Assembly: GCA_951406725.2 (NCBI GenBank) | Contig: OX597830.1 | Span: forward strand, 22,816,001 to 22,880,000 | DNA length: 64,000 nt | Direction of reading: 5' to 3' | From: Octopus vulgaris | Lineage: Eukaryota | Part shown: one piece after another, positions 1-13,829 of the stretch | How positions within the stretch are numbered: position 1 is the stretch's first letter | Layout of the letters: each line of letters starts with the position of its first letter | Translations under genes and position numbers: made by a program | The notes under the pieces: model-generated | What the model was told of the DNA's origin: nothing | The model's input: the letters and a program-made list of their open reading frames with translations, nothing else | The model's database searches: none

Positions 1-9
1 GATCCCGAC

Positions 10-528
10 ATGGCGGGAAGGAAGGAGGGATCTACGGACAAGCCGGAGGGATCTACGGACAAGCCGGAGGAATCTCACCCTCCCGCCGTGAAAAAGGGGA
101 AAAAAGGAAAAAAAGAAAACTGGGCATCGTCGGCGGTGGCATATCCAGGAACCCCTTTGGTGGGATGTGTGCCACCGGAGGGAGAGAAGATGGAAACCTC
201 GTCGGTGCGATGTGTGCCACCGAGCGAGGGAGTTGAGGCCCCTCCCGATGTAAGTGTGAAAAAATATGTTATCTTCTATCGTAGGGGAGGGGCCATTGAT
301 AATTATGTGGAAAATGTCCTTGATAGTCGGGGACTAATGGAACCGACTTTTATTGGCAGACCACAGTGGCCTCCGAAGGTGGATGCTCTGGTACTGGAAA
401 GAAAGGACTTTTTTCACACATTGGGTTCCTTCCCAAGGGAGGATTATAGATTACTTTTTTGGGACCCCAACTTGTGGATCCAGGGATGCCTGCAGGCCGC
501 AAGAGAATTAATCGGGGACGTGAGTTAA
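10..528 (+). CDS. Orphan intronless ORF (172 aa) of unknown function, possibly mobile-element or viral in origin
   Basis: ATG-to-TAA ORF that is not microsatellite-derived and is more GC-rich than its flanks. It has a 21-bp tandem repeat (EGSTDKP x2) and a basic KKGKKGKK patch. No recognised domain. Confidence 0.3.
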   Translation: MAGRKEGSTDKPEGSTDKPEESHPPAVKKGKKGKKENWASSAVAYPGTPLVGCVPPEGEKMETSSVRCVPPSEGVEAPPDVSVKKYVIFYRRGGAIDNYVENVLDSRGLMEPTFIGRPQWPPKVDALVLERKDFFHTLGSFPREDYRLLFWDPNLWIQGCLQAARELIGDVS

Positions 529-634
529 GAGGTTTTCTTTTTTTCTCCTCTTTCTCCTTCTGCGCTCTGCAACTTTCCATTCTTCCTCTTTTCTCTCGTT
601 TCCTCCGTCTATTTTTTCTTCTTCTCTTTTCTCT

Positions 635-1047
635 TCTGTGTATTGCCTCTATGGCAAAATCATTGAAATAAAGTAGCTTGGCAGTGAGTCAAACGTTTTG
701 TTGAACGTTGGATCATTTTTCTGTTGGAATTGTTGAGTGATGGAGAAAAAGGAAAAGGATTGGACTAAAAGATTGGACTCAGTGTGGGGTGAGTAACACA
801 CTCTTCATAATATTATTTTCAGATATCATTCATATTATCATATTTTAATTTGTTCTTCATGTTCATTTTCATGTTCATTCATTATATCATATTTTATTTT
901 TATATTTTTAATTGTTATATGTCCCCACATATGTTGTAGTGTCCCTCTGTGTATTGCCTTTATGGCAAAATCATTGAAATAAAGTAGCTTGGGGGTGAGT
1001 CAAACGTTTTGTTGAACGTTGGATCATTTTTCTGTTGGAATTGTTGA
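635..1047. repeat. Pair of ~102-bp direct repeats (635-736 and 946-1047)
   Basis: TCTGTGTATTGCCT..ATGGCAAAATCATTGAAATAAAGTAGC...CTGTTGGAATTGTTGA occurs twice with few mismatches. Confidence 0.9.
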
Positions 1048-1200
1048 CTGTATATTGTTGAACATTTTCGAACTGTTGAACATTGTTGAACTTTTAAACT
1101 TTGAAAATTTTTGTGCTTTTTCCCGGTGACGGGAGAAAGTAATTGTTTGTGTAAAGTCATTTTTGCAGTTGCGAATTGTTGAAATATTGAACTTGTTAAA

Positions 1201-1605
1201 GCCGTTGTAGGCTTTATTGTCGTGCCCCACACCTCAGCGGGGGTGGGATTTGAACTTTTATCCTCATTAAGAGGGGGAAAAAATTATAGGTTTCCCGTTT
1301 TTTGGGATAATCAATTTATTATTGTATGAAAAATTTAATTTTAGCCGTTGTAGGCTCTATTGTGGCACTCCGTCCCTAGCTGTGGTGAGATATGAACTGT
1401 TGTCCTTCTTGTGAGAAAAAAACAACATATTATAGGTTTCCCGTTTTTTGGGATACCGTATTTTTATTATTGTCTGAAAAATTTAATTTCGACCGTTGTA
1501 GGTTTTGTTGTTACGTCTCGCCCTCCAGTAGGGGTGGGATTTGAACTGTTGTCCTCGTTGAGAGGGGGAAAAAAGTAAAAAATTATAGGTTTCCCGTTTT
1601 CTGGA
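1201..1605. repeat. Three diverged tandem units of ~145 bp
   Basis: CCGTTGTAGG...GGGATTTGAACT...TTATAGGTTTCCCGTTTT recurs at about 1201, 1344 and 1492. Confidence 0.85.
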
Positions 1606-2034
1606 ATTGTGTATAAACTTATTTCGAACGAATATGTCGGTCGAAATAATTTCAGAGAAAAATTCACTGGAAGAGCCAGTTAAGAAATTTTCTGCAGATA
1701 CCGCAGTGGCTTTTGAAAACGTCGAGCTACCAAAGGAAAAGCTCTCTATATAAATAAATAAATAAATAAATAAATATATATAGGTGCGGACGGCAATTTT
1801 CTTTGCTCCCTTCACCGTTCACAGATATAGCGTTCGTAATACTTTTTTTCGTTCGGCTTAACAAACCTTCTTATCTTGTTTTTCCTTGTCCTGTCTTTTA
1901 CTGCTTATATTTTGTACTGTCTTTACTGTCCTGTTTTTGCTACAATTTTTACCCCTCTGCAAAAAGATCTCAAATATTATTTGATTTGCTTTTCGCAGGA
2001 AGGAAAGTTTCTATCGAAGATACGTCTCGCCTTC

Positions 2035-2290
2035 ACCTTCGAAACATAGAGTAGATGAAACCATGGCGACTGAAGACGGGTTTTTTTGCCTTGTGTTATT
2101 TGTCCTGTACTCTACTTTTTTGTTGTTTAAGAAAAATGTCCAGTTCCTTGGGTTTGTGTTTATGTTTTCGCTTCTCATTGTTTTCGACGTTTTTTTGGTG
2201 TCCTGTACTCATATATGCGTGTATATATACATGTAGAGGTAGGTACGTACATATATGTATATATATATGCATATGTTTATTTATTAATAT
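2035..2290 (+). mobile_element. Interspersed repeat, probably a Penelope-type terminal segment; second copy at 50230-50474 (-)
   Basis: Close sequence match to the reverse complement of 50230-50474. Both copies abut (TA)n and contain CCTTCGAAAC and CTGAAGA. Confidence 0.55.
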
Positions 2291-2309
2291 ATATTAATAT
2301 ATATTTTAT

Positions 2310-2427
<118 letters not shown>

Positions 2428-2429
2428 TA

Positions 2430-2615
2430 TGTGACCGCGTGTGTATTGTTGGCGACTTTCTTTCTTCGATTTCTCTTCTTTGAACTTTTTATATATTCCT
2501 TGATGAACAGCTCCGCTCGAAACGTGAAATCCTCTTTCTTTCCTTCCTTTCCTGAGCGTCTAATAACACTGTACTTATTCCACGTCCTCGCGTTGTTTTT
2601 TCTTGCTTGTTCATG
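2430..2615 (+). mobile_element. Penelope-like terminal remnant with a degenerate minimal HHR (2495-2532); paralogous to 30465-30650
   Basis: TTGATGA-ACAGCTCCGCTC-GAAAC-GTG core. The downstream CCTGAGCGTC...TTCCACGTCCTCGCGTTG is shared with the 30.5 kb copy. Confidence 0.55.
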
Positions 2616-2693
2616 CAAAATTTAAATTTTTGTCTTAATAATTACTGCTCTATTCTTTAGAGTGTGCCGCTTTTCTGATATATGTTTTATTGA

Positions 2694-3165
<472 letters not shown>

Positions 3166-3722
3166 AAACAGACCAGCATTGTCATTGTAAGATGGCCTCG
3201 CAGAAAAGGGAAGAGCAGTGATGTCTGTAGACTGAGAGAGCTTTCAAGCGAGATGTATGACCAAGTCTTAGAACACAGCCGCAAGATCCACCCACCAGAC
3301 ACAGAGTCTGTGAGTCGCCAGAGGAGAATAACGCCTGATTGTAAGCCTGATCGCTGTGTTTATGTTTGCAGCGTATATATGTATGTGCATGCGCCTGTGT
3401 GTATGTTGTGTGTGTGTTTGTGTGTGTGCGTGTGGTTGTGTGTGAGTGTGTGTGTTTATATTGAAAGCAATTGCGAGAGAAAAGGGAGCTTTATTTTAAA
3501 AGCATCGGAAACGGAATTGGTAAACTGGGCTAGAGATGTATATATACGTGTGTGTGTGTGTGTGTGTGTGTATAAGTACGTAGTTGGTATATATGTGTGC
3601 ATGTGCATACATGAAGGTACGGTAGTATCGTATGCCATCGCAGAGACATACAGATAGTTAGACAGATAAAAAGGCAGACAGACATACAGATAGATTGATA
3701 CAGAGATAAATAGCTACACACA

Positions 3723-3789
<67 letters not shown>

Positions 3790-3954
3790 GTACTCTTTAA
3801 GCATTCACACAAGCATCTCTAGACGAACGTTTACGCCATATCTCGTACTGAAACTCACATTCACGCTTTAAGACAAGAAAAAGCATCCTACCATGGTTAC
3901 CGCGGCCATGATGGGACATGGTCTTCTGAGCTTTTAGTTGGACATAACAACCTT

Positions 3955-4056
<102 letters not shown>

Positions 4057-4069
4057 AATATATTTACTA

Positions 4070-4392
4070 TTTTACTCTTTTACTTGTTTCAGTCATTTGA
4101 CTGTGGTCATGCTGGAGCACCACCTTTAGTCGAGCAGATCGACCCCAGGACTTATTCTTTGTAAGCCTGGTACTTATTCTATCGGTCTCTTTTGCCGAGC
4201 TGCTAAGTTACGGGGACGTAAACATACCAGCATCGGCTGTCAAGCAATGCTGATGGGACAAACACAGACACACAAACACACACACACACATACATATATA
4301 TATATACATATATACGACGGGCTTCTTTCAGTTTCCGTCTACCAAATCCACTCACAAGGCTTTGGTCGGCCGAGGCTATAGTAGAAGACTCT
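4070..4392 (-). mobile_element. SINE family A (tRNA-like head, internal microsatellite), head-truncated
   Basis: Matches the full-length copies at 42734-43130 and 63098-63529. Confidence 0.85.
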
Positions 4393-4793
4393 GCACAAAA
4401 ATAGCTGCAAAAAATTCCTGGTTGTACTCCAAATTGTAAAATACTTCAAATGATAAAATTCTGGTTGTACTCCAATTGGTAAAATTTATGAAGTGCACAG
4501 TCACATAAAAGCATAAATTTTCGGAAGGACACGCCTCCCGAAAACACACAATTCTCACTAAAAAGTGAGTCTTTTAGTACGACCACTGGCAAACAAATGT
4601 CTGGAACCCAGTGGAGACCCTTGTTCGAAAAAATAAAAATCATACGGACAACAGACTTCACTAAGCTCCAAAAAACAAATGCCCTACCTGTGGTCGTACT
4701 TCAAATGTTCAATTTCAACGGCAAACAACGTTACTTTCTCAGCGTAGAAAAACGCGGCAACAACTTAGTAGTAAGCAAGCTACTTACCACACT

Positions 4794-4850
<57 letters not shown>

Positions 4851-4899
4851 TAAATAAAACATATGCATATATATAAACATATATATATATGGGAGGGGG

Positions 4900-5507
4900 A
4901 GTGTGTGTTTGTGTTTGTCCCCCCAGCATCGCCTGACAACCGATACTGGTGTGTTTACGTTCCCGTGACTTAACGGTTCGGCAAAAGAGACTGATAGGAT
5001 AAGTACTAGGCTTACAAAGAATAAGTCCTGGGATCGATTTACTCGACTAAAGGCGGTGCTCCAGTATGGCCGTAGACAAATGACTGAAACAAGTAAAAGA
5101 ATATATATATATCTTTTACTTGTTTCAGTCATTAGACTGCGGCTATGCAGGGGCACCGCCTTGAACTTTTAACCGAATGAATCGACACCAAACTTATGTT
5201 TTAGGCCCGGTACTTATTCTATCGGTCATTATCGCCGAACTTCTATGTTACGGGAATGCAAACACACCAACACCGGTTGTCGAACAGTGGTGGTGGGGAC
5301 CAAATACAGACAGAAAGACACACACACATATAGATTTACATACTACGAGTTTCTTTCAGTTTCTGTCTACCAAATCCACTCACAAGGCTTTGGTCAACCC
5401 AAGGTTATAGTAGAAGACATTTGCCCAAGGTGCCATGCAGTGGGACTGAACCCAGAACCATGTGGTTGGGAAGCAAGCTTCTTACCATGCAGCCCCGTCT
5501 GCGCCTG
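4900..5507. mobile_element. Two SINE-A copies tail-to-tail (4900-5100 +, 5112-5507 -)
   Basis: The shared GGCCG..CAAATGACTGAAACAAGTAAAAG tail appears in both orientations. Confidence 0.8.
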
Positions 5508-5539
<32 letters not shown>

Positions 5540-5799
5540 TGTATGTATGTATGTATGTATGTATGTATGTATGTATGTATGTATGTTTGTTTGTATGTAT
5601 GTATGTATGTGTGTGTGTGAGTATGGAGACATGTGACTTCGGATTAGTAGTTTGGAATCATGATCGGTAGATTGCAGCTTCGATCCTTGGACCGAGTGAC
5701 GCCTTGTATTAATAAAACTAAGTGATCAAGCAACAGACTAGTCTCCCGTTCAGAGAGGAGTATATGCGGCACAAAGTATAGAAAACTGGCCTATGAAAT

Positions 5800-6046
5800 C
5801 AGCGTGCAAGTGGCTGAGTACTCCACAGACATATGTACCCTTAACGTAATTTTCAGTGAGATTCAGCGTGACGCACTGTGACAAGGCTGGCTCTTTGAAA
5901 TACAGGTACTACTCATTTTTGCTAGCTGAGTAGACTGGAACAACATGAAATAAAGTGCCTTGCTCAAGGACAAAACGCGTCGCTGGGAATCGAACTCAAG
6001 TCCTTATGATCGTTAGCTGAACACCCTAACCACTAAGCCACGCGCT
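5800..6046 (-). mobile_element. SINE family C (tRNA head, CORE-like segment), diverged
   Basis: Reverse-complement match to 54350-54672. Confidence 0.75.
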
Positions 6047-6341
6047 TCAGAACAGTTTGATTCGGCCTGCCCCCGTGTATCTCAAAGTTTCGTAGTCTTC
6101 TAAAAGTAACTTGGCTCGTCAGGCCCATTTAGCTGAATGGAGAGATATGTATTAGGGTAACTGAGCTCAATGAGCTAGGTTTCTCTTAGAAGCGTACAAA
6201 ACTTTAAGTTGCATGGAATCAAATAAAAAAATATGTGTAACTCCTACTAAATGTGCTTCTTACATTTGTCAACTCGTATGTGCGTGTGCGTGCGTATGCG
6301 TGATTGTATGTGTGTCTGTCTGTCTGTAGTGGCTATGTGAT

Positions 6342-6805
6342 AAGGCACAGGAGTAGCTGTGGGGTAAGGCGCAGGAGCGGCTGTGTGGTAAGGCGCAGGA
6401 GTGGCTGTGTGGTTATGCGCAGGAGTGGCGGTATGGTAAGAAGCTTGCTCCCCAACCACATAGTTCCGGGTTCAGTCCCACTGCGTGGCACCTTGGGCAA
6501 ATGTCTTCTACTATAGCCTCGAACCGAATAAAGCATTGTGAGTGAATTTGGTAGACGGAAACCGAAAGAAACCTGTTGCATATATATATATATATATATA
6601 TACATACACACATACTTATATTTATATGTGTGTGTGTGTGTGTGTGTGTATGTATTTGTGTGCCTGTGTTTCTTCCCCCACGATCGCTTGACAACTGATG
6701 TTGGCGTGTTTACGACCCCGTAACTTGGCGATTCGGCAAGAGAGTCTGAAAGAATAAGTTCTAGGCTTACAAACAATAAGTCCTGGAGGTCGATTTGTTC
6801 GACTA
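6342..6805 (+). mobile_element. SINE-A with a tandemly reiterated 5' head
   Basis: AAGGCGCAGGAGTGGCTGTGTGGT is repeated about four times before the normal body. Confidence 0.85.
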
Positions 6806-7395
6806 AAAATAAAAACAATAAAAGAAATATATATAGGTATTTTTTTTTTAGTTTGTCGTCTTGTTGCAAAAATGTTAAGGTAGCTGCTGTGCTGATGACA
6901 TTCATTGAAGCAGAAACGTGTGTATAGTTATCCTTTTTGACTCCAGACAATCAATCTGTTTTTCTTTTCCTGAATATCATATCAATTTCTGTACGGTGGC
7001 GAACTGGCAGACTGGTTAGTACGCCGGACAAAATGCTGAATTCAAATGCTACCGGTGTCGACTTTGCCTTTCATCGTTTCGGAGCATGATAAACTAAGTA
7101 CCAGTAATTACACTGTATTCGATCTAATTGACGTATCGCACCTGCGAACTTGCTACCCTTGTGTCACAATTTGAAATCAATGCTGTATCAATTTTGGAGA
7201 AATATTGAATTTTGAGATTATCTCCCTTTTAATTTGGAGATGTCGCCAGCTGACACAAGCAGTGATTCTTCTGCTTTCTCTGGAAGCGGAGATACTTTCA
7301 ATAAATTGAGTATTTATTTTCTATGGAATTTAACATTCCATTATTCTATTTTGTTGCTCCAGTACATGCTATTGGCCATTCTGAGTTATTTCTTA

Positions 7396-7436
7396 GCTCT
7401 CTCTCTCTCTCTCTTTCTCTCCGTCTCCCTCTCTCT

Positions 7437-7468
<32 letters not shown>

Positions 7469-7511
7469 GGTTTTTTAAAAAATATTTGTGTAAGCAGAGG
7501 CATATATATAT

Positions 7512-7573
<62 letters not shown>

Positions 7574-7867
7574 AGAAAGTCACATACATACGTACATACA
7601 TGCATGCATACATACATACATACATGCATACATACATACATACATGCATACATACATACATACATACATACATACACACATACATACATACATACATACA
7701 TACATAATACATACATACATGCATACATACATACATACACACATACATACATACATACATACATACATACATACATACATAGGTACATAGACACAGACAG
7801 ACAGATAGACGCATTTTATATCTGTTTAACTCTCACTTTCTTCCGTAAGAAACCCAATCTCTCTCTC

Positions 7868-7943
<76 letters not shown>

Positions 7944-7983
7944 CGTATATTTATATAAATTGTTATTAAAAATGCGAATAATC

Positions 7984-8033
<50 letters not shown>

Positions 8034-8164
8034 TATATGTGTGTGTGTGTGTTTGTGTATAGACACATACACACACACGTTTATATGGTTGTATGTATAT
8101 TCGTATATACAAATATGCAGTCACATACGCGCGCACACACTGACATTTATACACGTATAAACAT

Positions 8165-8203
<39 letters not shown>

Positions 8204-8849
8204 AACACCTGACACAGTCTAACGCACACTTAACATACACACAGATACTCAAAGACTTTTAACACGACACTAAAGTTACACTTACCCGCAGTTACATGCA
8301 AACACCACCAAGCACTCACGCAGTCGCACACCGACACGCACACACATAAACACGCATACATACAGGAACGTACACGCATACATTAAACGCATAACATCAT
8401 TACACCCAACCCAGAATCTCTCTTACGACTCAGCCTCTGGTCTAAGCATGCTCTCCCCTCCACACACACGCACTATACTTATCCGTTATCAAAACAGTTG
8501 CTGTTCTCTTTTAATAGGGTCTTTGTTTCCAGCATGTTAACATGATATCGTGAGAGTTGTTATGCACTTCGCGATGGGTGGGTGTCTATGTATGTATGTA
8601 TGTATGTATGTATGTATGTATGTATGTATGTATGTATGTATGTATGTATGTATGTATGTATGTATGTATGTATGTATGTATGTATGTATGTATGTATGTA
8701 TAATGTGTATATGTGTCTGTATATATATATACACGCATACACACTGGTACACGCACATTTTGTACATATTTATGTATATATGAATGCATGAATATATTTA
8801 TACATAAGTATACATTTACAAGTTGACATATTCCTATGTGTATGTATGC

Positions 8850-8905
<56 letters not shown>

Positions 8906-9020
8906 CGTATGTATGTATGTACATACATACATTTATATACACACACATTAGCTACACATACACAAATACATACATACATATACATACACACACACACACA
9001 TACATACATACATACATACA

Positions 9021-9052
<32 letters not shown>

Positions 9053-9144
9053 CGTATATATCATCAAATCTGATGATTCATGTTGGTGCTCCTAGTTTCT
9101 TGTTTTGTGCGTTCGTTCAGGCGGAAAGTATTATTTTTGTTGTT

Positions 9145-9233
<89 letters not shown>

Positions 9234-9235
9234 AC
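7396..9235. repeat. Dense cluster of (CT)n, (TA)n, (CA)n, (TACA)n, (TATG)n and (TCTA)n microsatellites
   Basis: Direct inspection. Confidence 0.9.
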
Positions 9236-9618
9236 AATTATATAACGATAGAGGTCGTTTCAATGTTCGAATTTAATTAATTTTGATAACATTTACATTT
9301 CATAAATTTTTCTCACATTCGTATTTATTACCATAATTAAGCTATGTAAATGGATATTCCATTTATTACATTTCCTGTTACGGTTAATAAGTATTTATTA
9401 TACACTCCTGTTACCATCATCAGATATATATGACATGAGATTATTACAAGATCACTCTTAACACGTAGTTCTAGTCCACATAATCATTAAAAAAATCATG
9501 CATATCTTTAAAAAGTGAAACCAGTAGATTCCATAAACAGTACATTTCATTTATAAAGTTTTATCTTAAATATTTCTGTAAATTTTCTTCTCTGTTTTCA
9601 ACACAGACAGACAGACAG

Positions 9619-9715
<97 letters not shown>

Positions 9716-9796
9716 CACACGCACGCACGCACAGACACTCACAATCACACACACACACATACACTTACACACTCATTTGTGTATGTGTATTAGCAG

Positions 9797-11300
9797 TGTG
9801 GTCCGAAACACTCAATGTTATTCGTTGGTTAAAAAACTGGACAATAAAAATAGCAAGAAGTATATACAACTTGATACCTTAAATTTATTTTTCTGTGATT
9901 AATCTAATATTATTAAATAAGACCCTAATACTCACCAAGCTCAATTCTAATTTATCAAGATATGAAATAGTTATTATACTAGCTGCTCGTAATACAATAA
10001 TAGATTACGATAATAAATTCTGAACAAGATCGGATAAAATGGATTATTTCGACATAACGATGGGATCAAACGAGCCAGCACAAGCTACTGATCTCTTAAG
10101 AATTTTCATTCTTTTCCAGATTCACATTCTGATTTAAATAGTATAGTGAAAAGTGTGTCAAATAGAATTTCCAGGCTCTTTGTTAGTGAAACAATATTTA
10201 ATTCTCACGTACAATATTACAATGCAGCATTGACCAGTGCTGGATTACAATGAAAAAATTAAATATACACCTAACTATTGTATAGTTAAGAAATAATAAT
10301 AAGAAAAGAAGCTTACTTAAATTCTAGTCTGCATAATTCTATTAAGTGCGCTAACAATTACACTAAATCTTATAAGTCTAATAAAGATAGTATTTTATGG
10401 TCTAATCCGGTGTTTGGATTACATGCAGCATCTAAAATTATTAAAGAATTTTTCTCCGCATTAGAAAGACATTTCTCTAAATCCAGGAGATACTTTAAAT
10501 TTTTTTCACAGGCATATGGTGAAACCGTCCTATGCAACGTCAAATAACCGAATATCATATTCATAAACTTAACTATAGGAAGCTGAATCTAGCAATCACA
10601 AATTCTAAAAGTATCGTCCGAAGTAGCGTAGGTCCAGTTAAAAGGGGCGACCACGATAGCAGTGGGTATTATCATAGTAAGCCAAATGATTCTATTATAA
10701 GTGTAAATGTCAACTTTAACGTAAATAATGAGTAACGATGGGAATATAAGCATTGATAATGACACTGAGAATTAAAGTAATGAGAACAATGAATATAAAA
10801 AATACTAACAATGACAACAACAATGCCATTAAGAAGAAAGATATAAAAATGAAAACAACCGGTAACCTGGCTGCAAATAGCGTTGTAAGAGTGCAATTGT
10901 AGAGATAAGAAAGCATGTCTTTTGTCGAACAAGTGTTTACGTAGAAACATTGTATACAAATGAATAGATGCACATGTATATGCATACATAGGTGCAGCGA
11001 CAGCTTCATCGATCGCTGGAGGGATCATACAGCATCATTTAGAAATAGCAGCTAAAGACAATGCATATCTGTCGCTGACTCTGTATGGGATCTGAAATAG
11101 AATAAGATACGACACAATCTCGACTTGTTCAGTGATACGAAATGCATACTCATATAATACATATTCAAAAACGTGTAACTTTCGCCAGGAAGAAACACTG
11201 AACATATTATTATGCAATGATAGTATCATCAACAAGCATTCTGAAATTCATCTAACATGTAACCATAAACTTAAAATCTCGTTTCTTGAATTTGGAAAAA
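9797..11300 (+). mobile_element. Decayed Penelope-like retroelement (RT plus GIY-YIG endonuclease pseudo-ORF)
   Basis: Manual translation gives PLE motifs in the expected order: YFDITMGSNEPAQATDL; LNSIVKSVSNRISRLFVSETIFNSHVQYYNAALTSAG; ILWSNPVFG...FFSALERHFSK; ECNCRDKKACLLSNKCLRRNIVYK...AYIG; and VIRNAYSYNTYSKTCNF..EE...INKHSEIHLTCNH. There are multiple stops and frameshifts, and the YxDD region is deleted. Confidence 0.85.
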
Positions 11301-11315
11301 ACAGGGAATATTAAT

Positions 11316-11738
11316 CTTCTCTACTCTAGGCACCAGGCCCGAAATCTTGGGGGAGGTGGCCAGTATCGACTCCAGTACGTAACTGGTACTTAATTCATCG
11401 ACCCCGAAAGGATGAAAGGCAGAGTCGACCTCGGCGGAATTTGAACTCAGAACGTAAACACTAACGAAATACTGCTAAGTTTTTCGCCCAGCGTGTTAAC
11501 GTTTCTTATTTCTTTACTGCCCACATGGGGCTAAACATAGAGAGGACAAACAAGAACAAACAAAGGGATTAAGTCGATTACATCGACCCCAGTGCGTAAC
11601 TAGTACTTAATTTATCGACCCCGAAAGGATGAAAGGCAAAGTCGACCTCGGCGGAATTTGAACTCATAACGTAACGACAGACGAAATACGGCTACGCATT
11701 TCGCCCGGCGTGCTAACGTTTCTGCCAGCTCGCGGCCT
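11316..11738 (-). mobile_element. SINE family B (tRNA head plus MetaSINE-like GTCGACTTTGCCTTTCATCCTTTCGGGGTCGAT domain), dimeric
   Basis: Two body units, with a degenerate flanking duplication AAACA.G..ATATTAAT. Confidence 0.85.
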
Positions 11739-12520
11739 TAAACATGTGATATTAATATTATATCATTCCGTCACTAAAAAAAATGTAATTATAGGTTTTT
11801 TTATTATCTTTACTAGTATAATTGTATTGTTGTTTATCTAAATTATGTAATTTCACAATAATCTGTATGTGTAAATCTTAGTTTAATAGCATCTCTTAAT
11901 GACTGGTAAAGCAGCTGTGACGAGTCCCAGCGACAGCCAAAATTAAGTCTATAAGCAGAGAAATCTAAATATGCAGGGAAACAGGTTTGGCATCGCACCA
12001 TGACAAGAAACTGACCACGCGCTAATGATTTCCTTTGAAGTAGAACGCTAGCAGATGCAGGAAATTAGTAATTATATATTTATGACATTATAATCCGAAG
12101 TTGTTCATCTATCTTCATAAAAGACGAAACAAATCTGTGCTTAAGAATGGAGTGAAAAGGGGTTTGTTTATTTTATATTTTCGTTTTATTTATTTTTTTT
12201 CATTAATTGTTCTTTTTTGGGGGGATATTTTTTCTCATTTGCAATTCTTTGTTTTTTCGTGTTGCGCTTTGTCAACGGAATGCTAAAAATAGAATAAGGA
12301 CATAAAACGAAGGGAAACAAAAGTTGATCCAGCAGTCCTCTCGAATCTACTCACATGAAGACGTGCAAGCATATAGCTATTGTTGGATCGTATTAATGCA
12401 ATAATATGCATAATATATGCAGCATTCATACGTAGAAACAATTGTAGAAATTTGGAATAAAATGTGTTCCTTCCATTTTCCTGTATTAGAATTCTCGACT
12501 TATAAATTAGATAATTAGGA

Positions 12521-13722
<1,202 letters not shown>

Positions 13723-13829
13723 TGCATGTATGTTTTATTAATGATTTAAAGCCTTCCTCTGGAGAAGGAGCTGGTTTTCTAACAAAGATACAAATCTCCA
13801 TCTTTGAAATGTAGATAGCGAAAACAATG

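Noticed and set aside
1201-1605. CRISPR-like or true tRNA array
   Set aside because: The units are long and diverged with no repeat-spacer structure, no cas genes and no cloverleaf, in a eukaryotic context.
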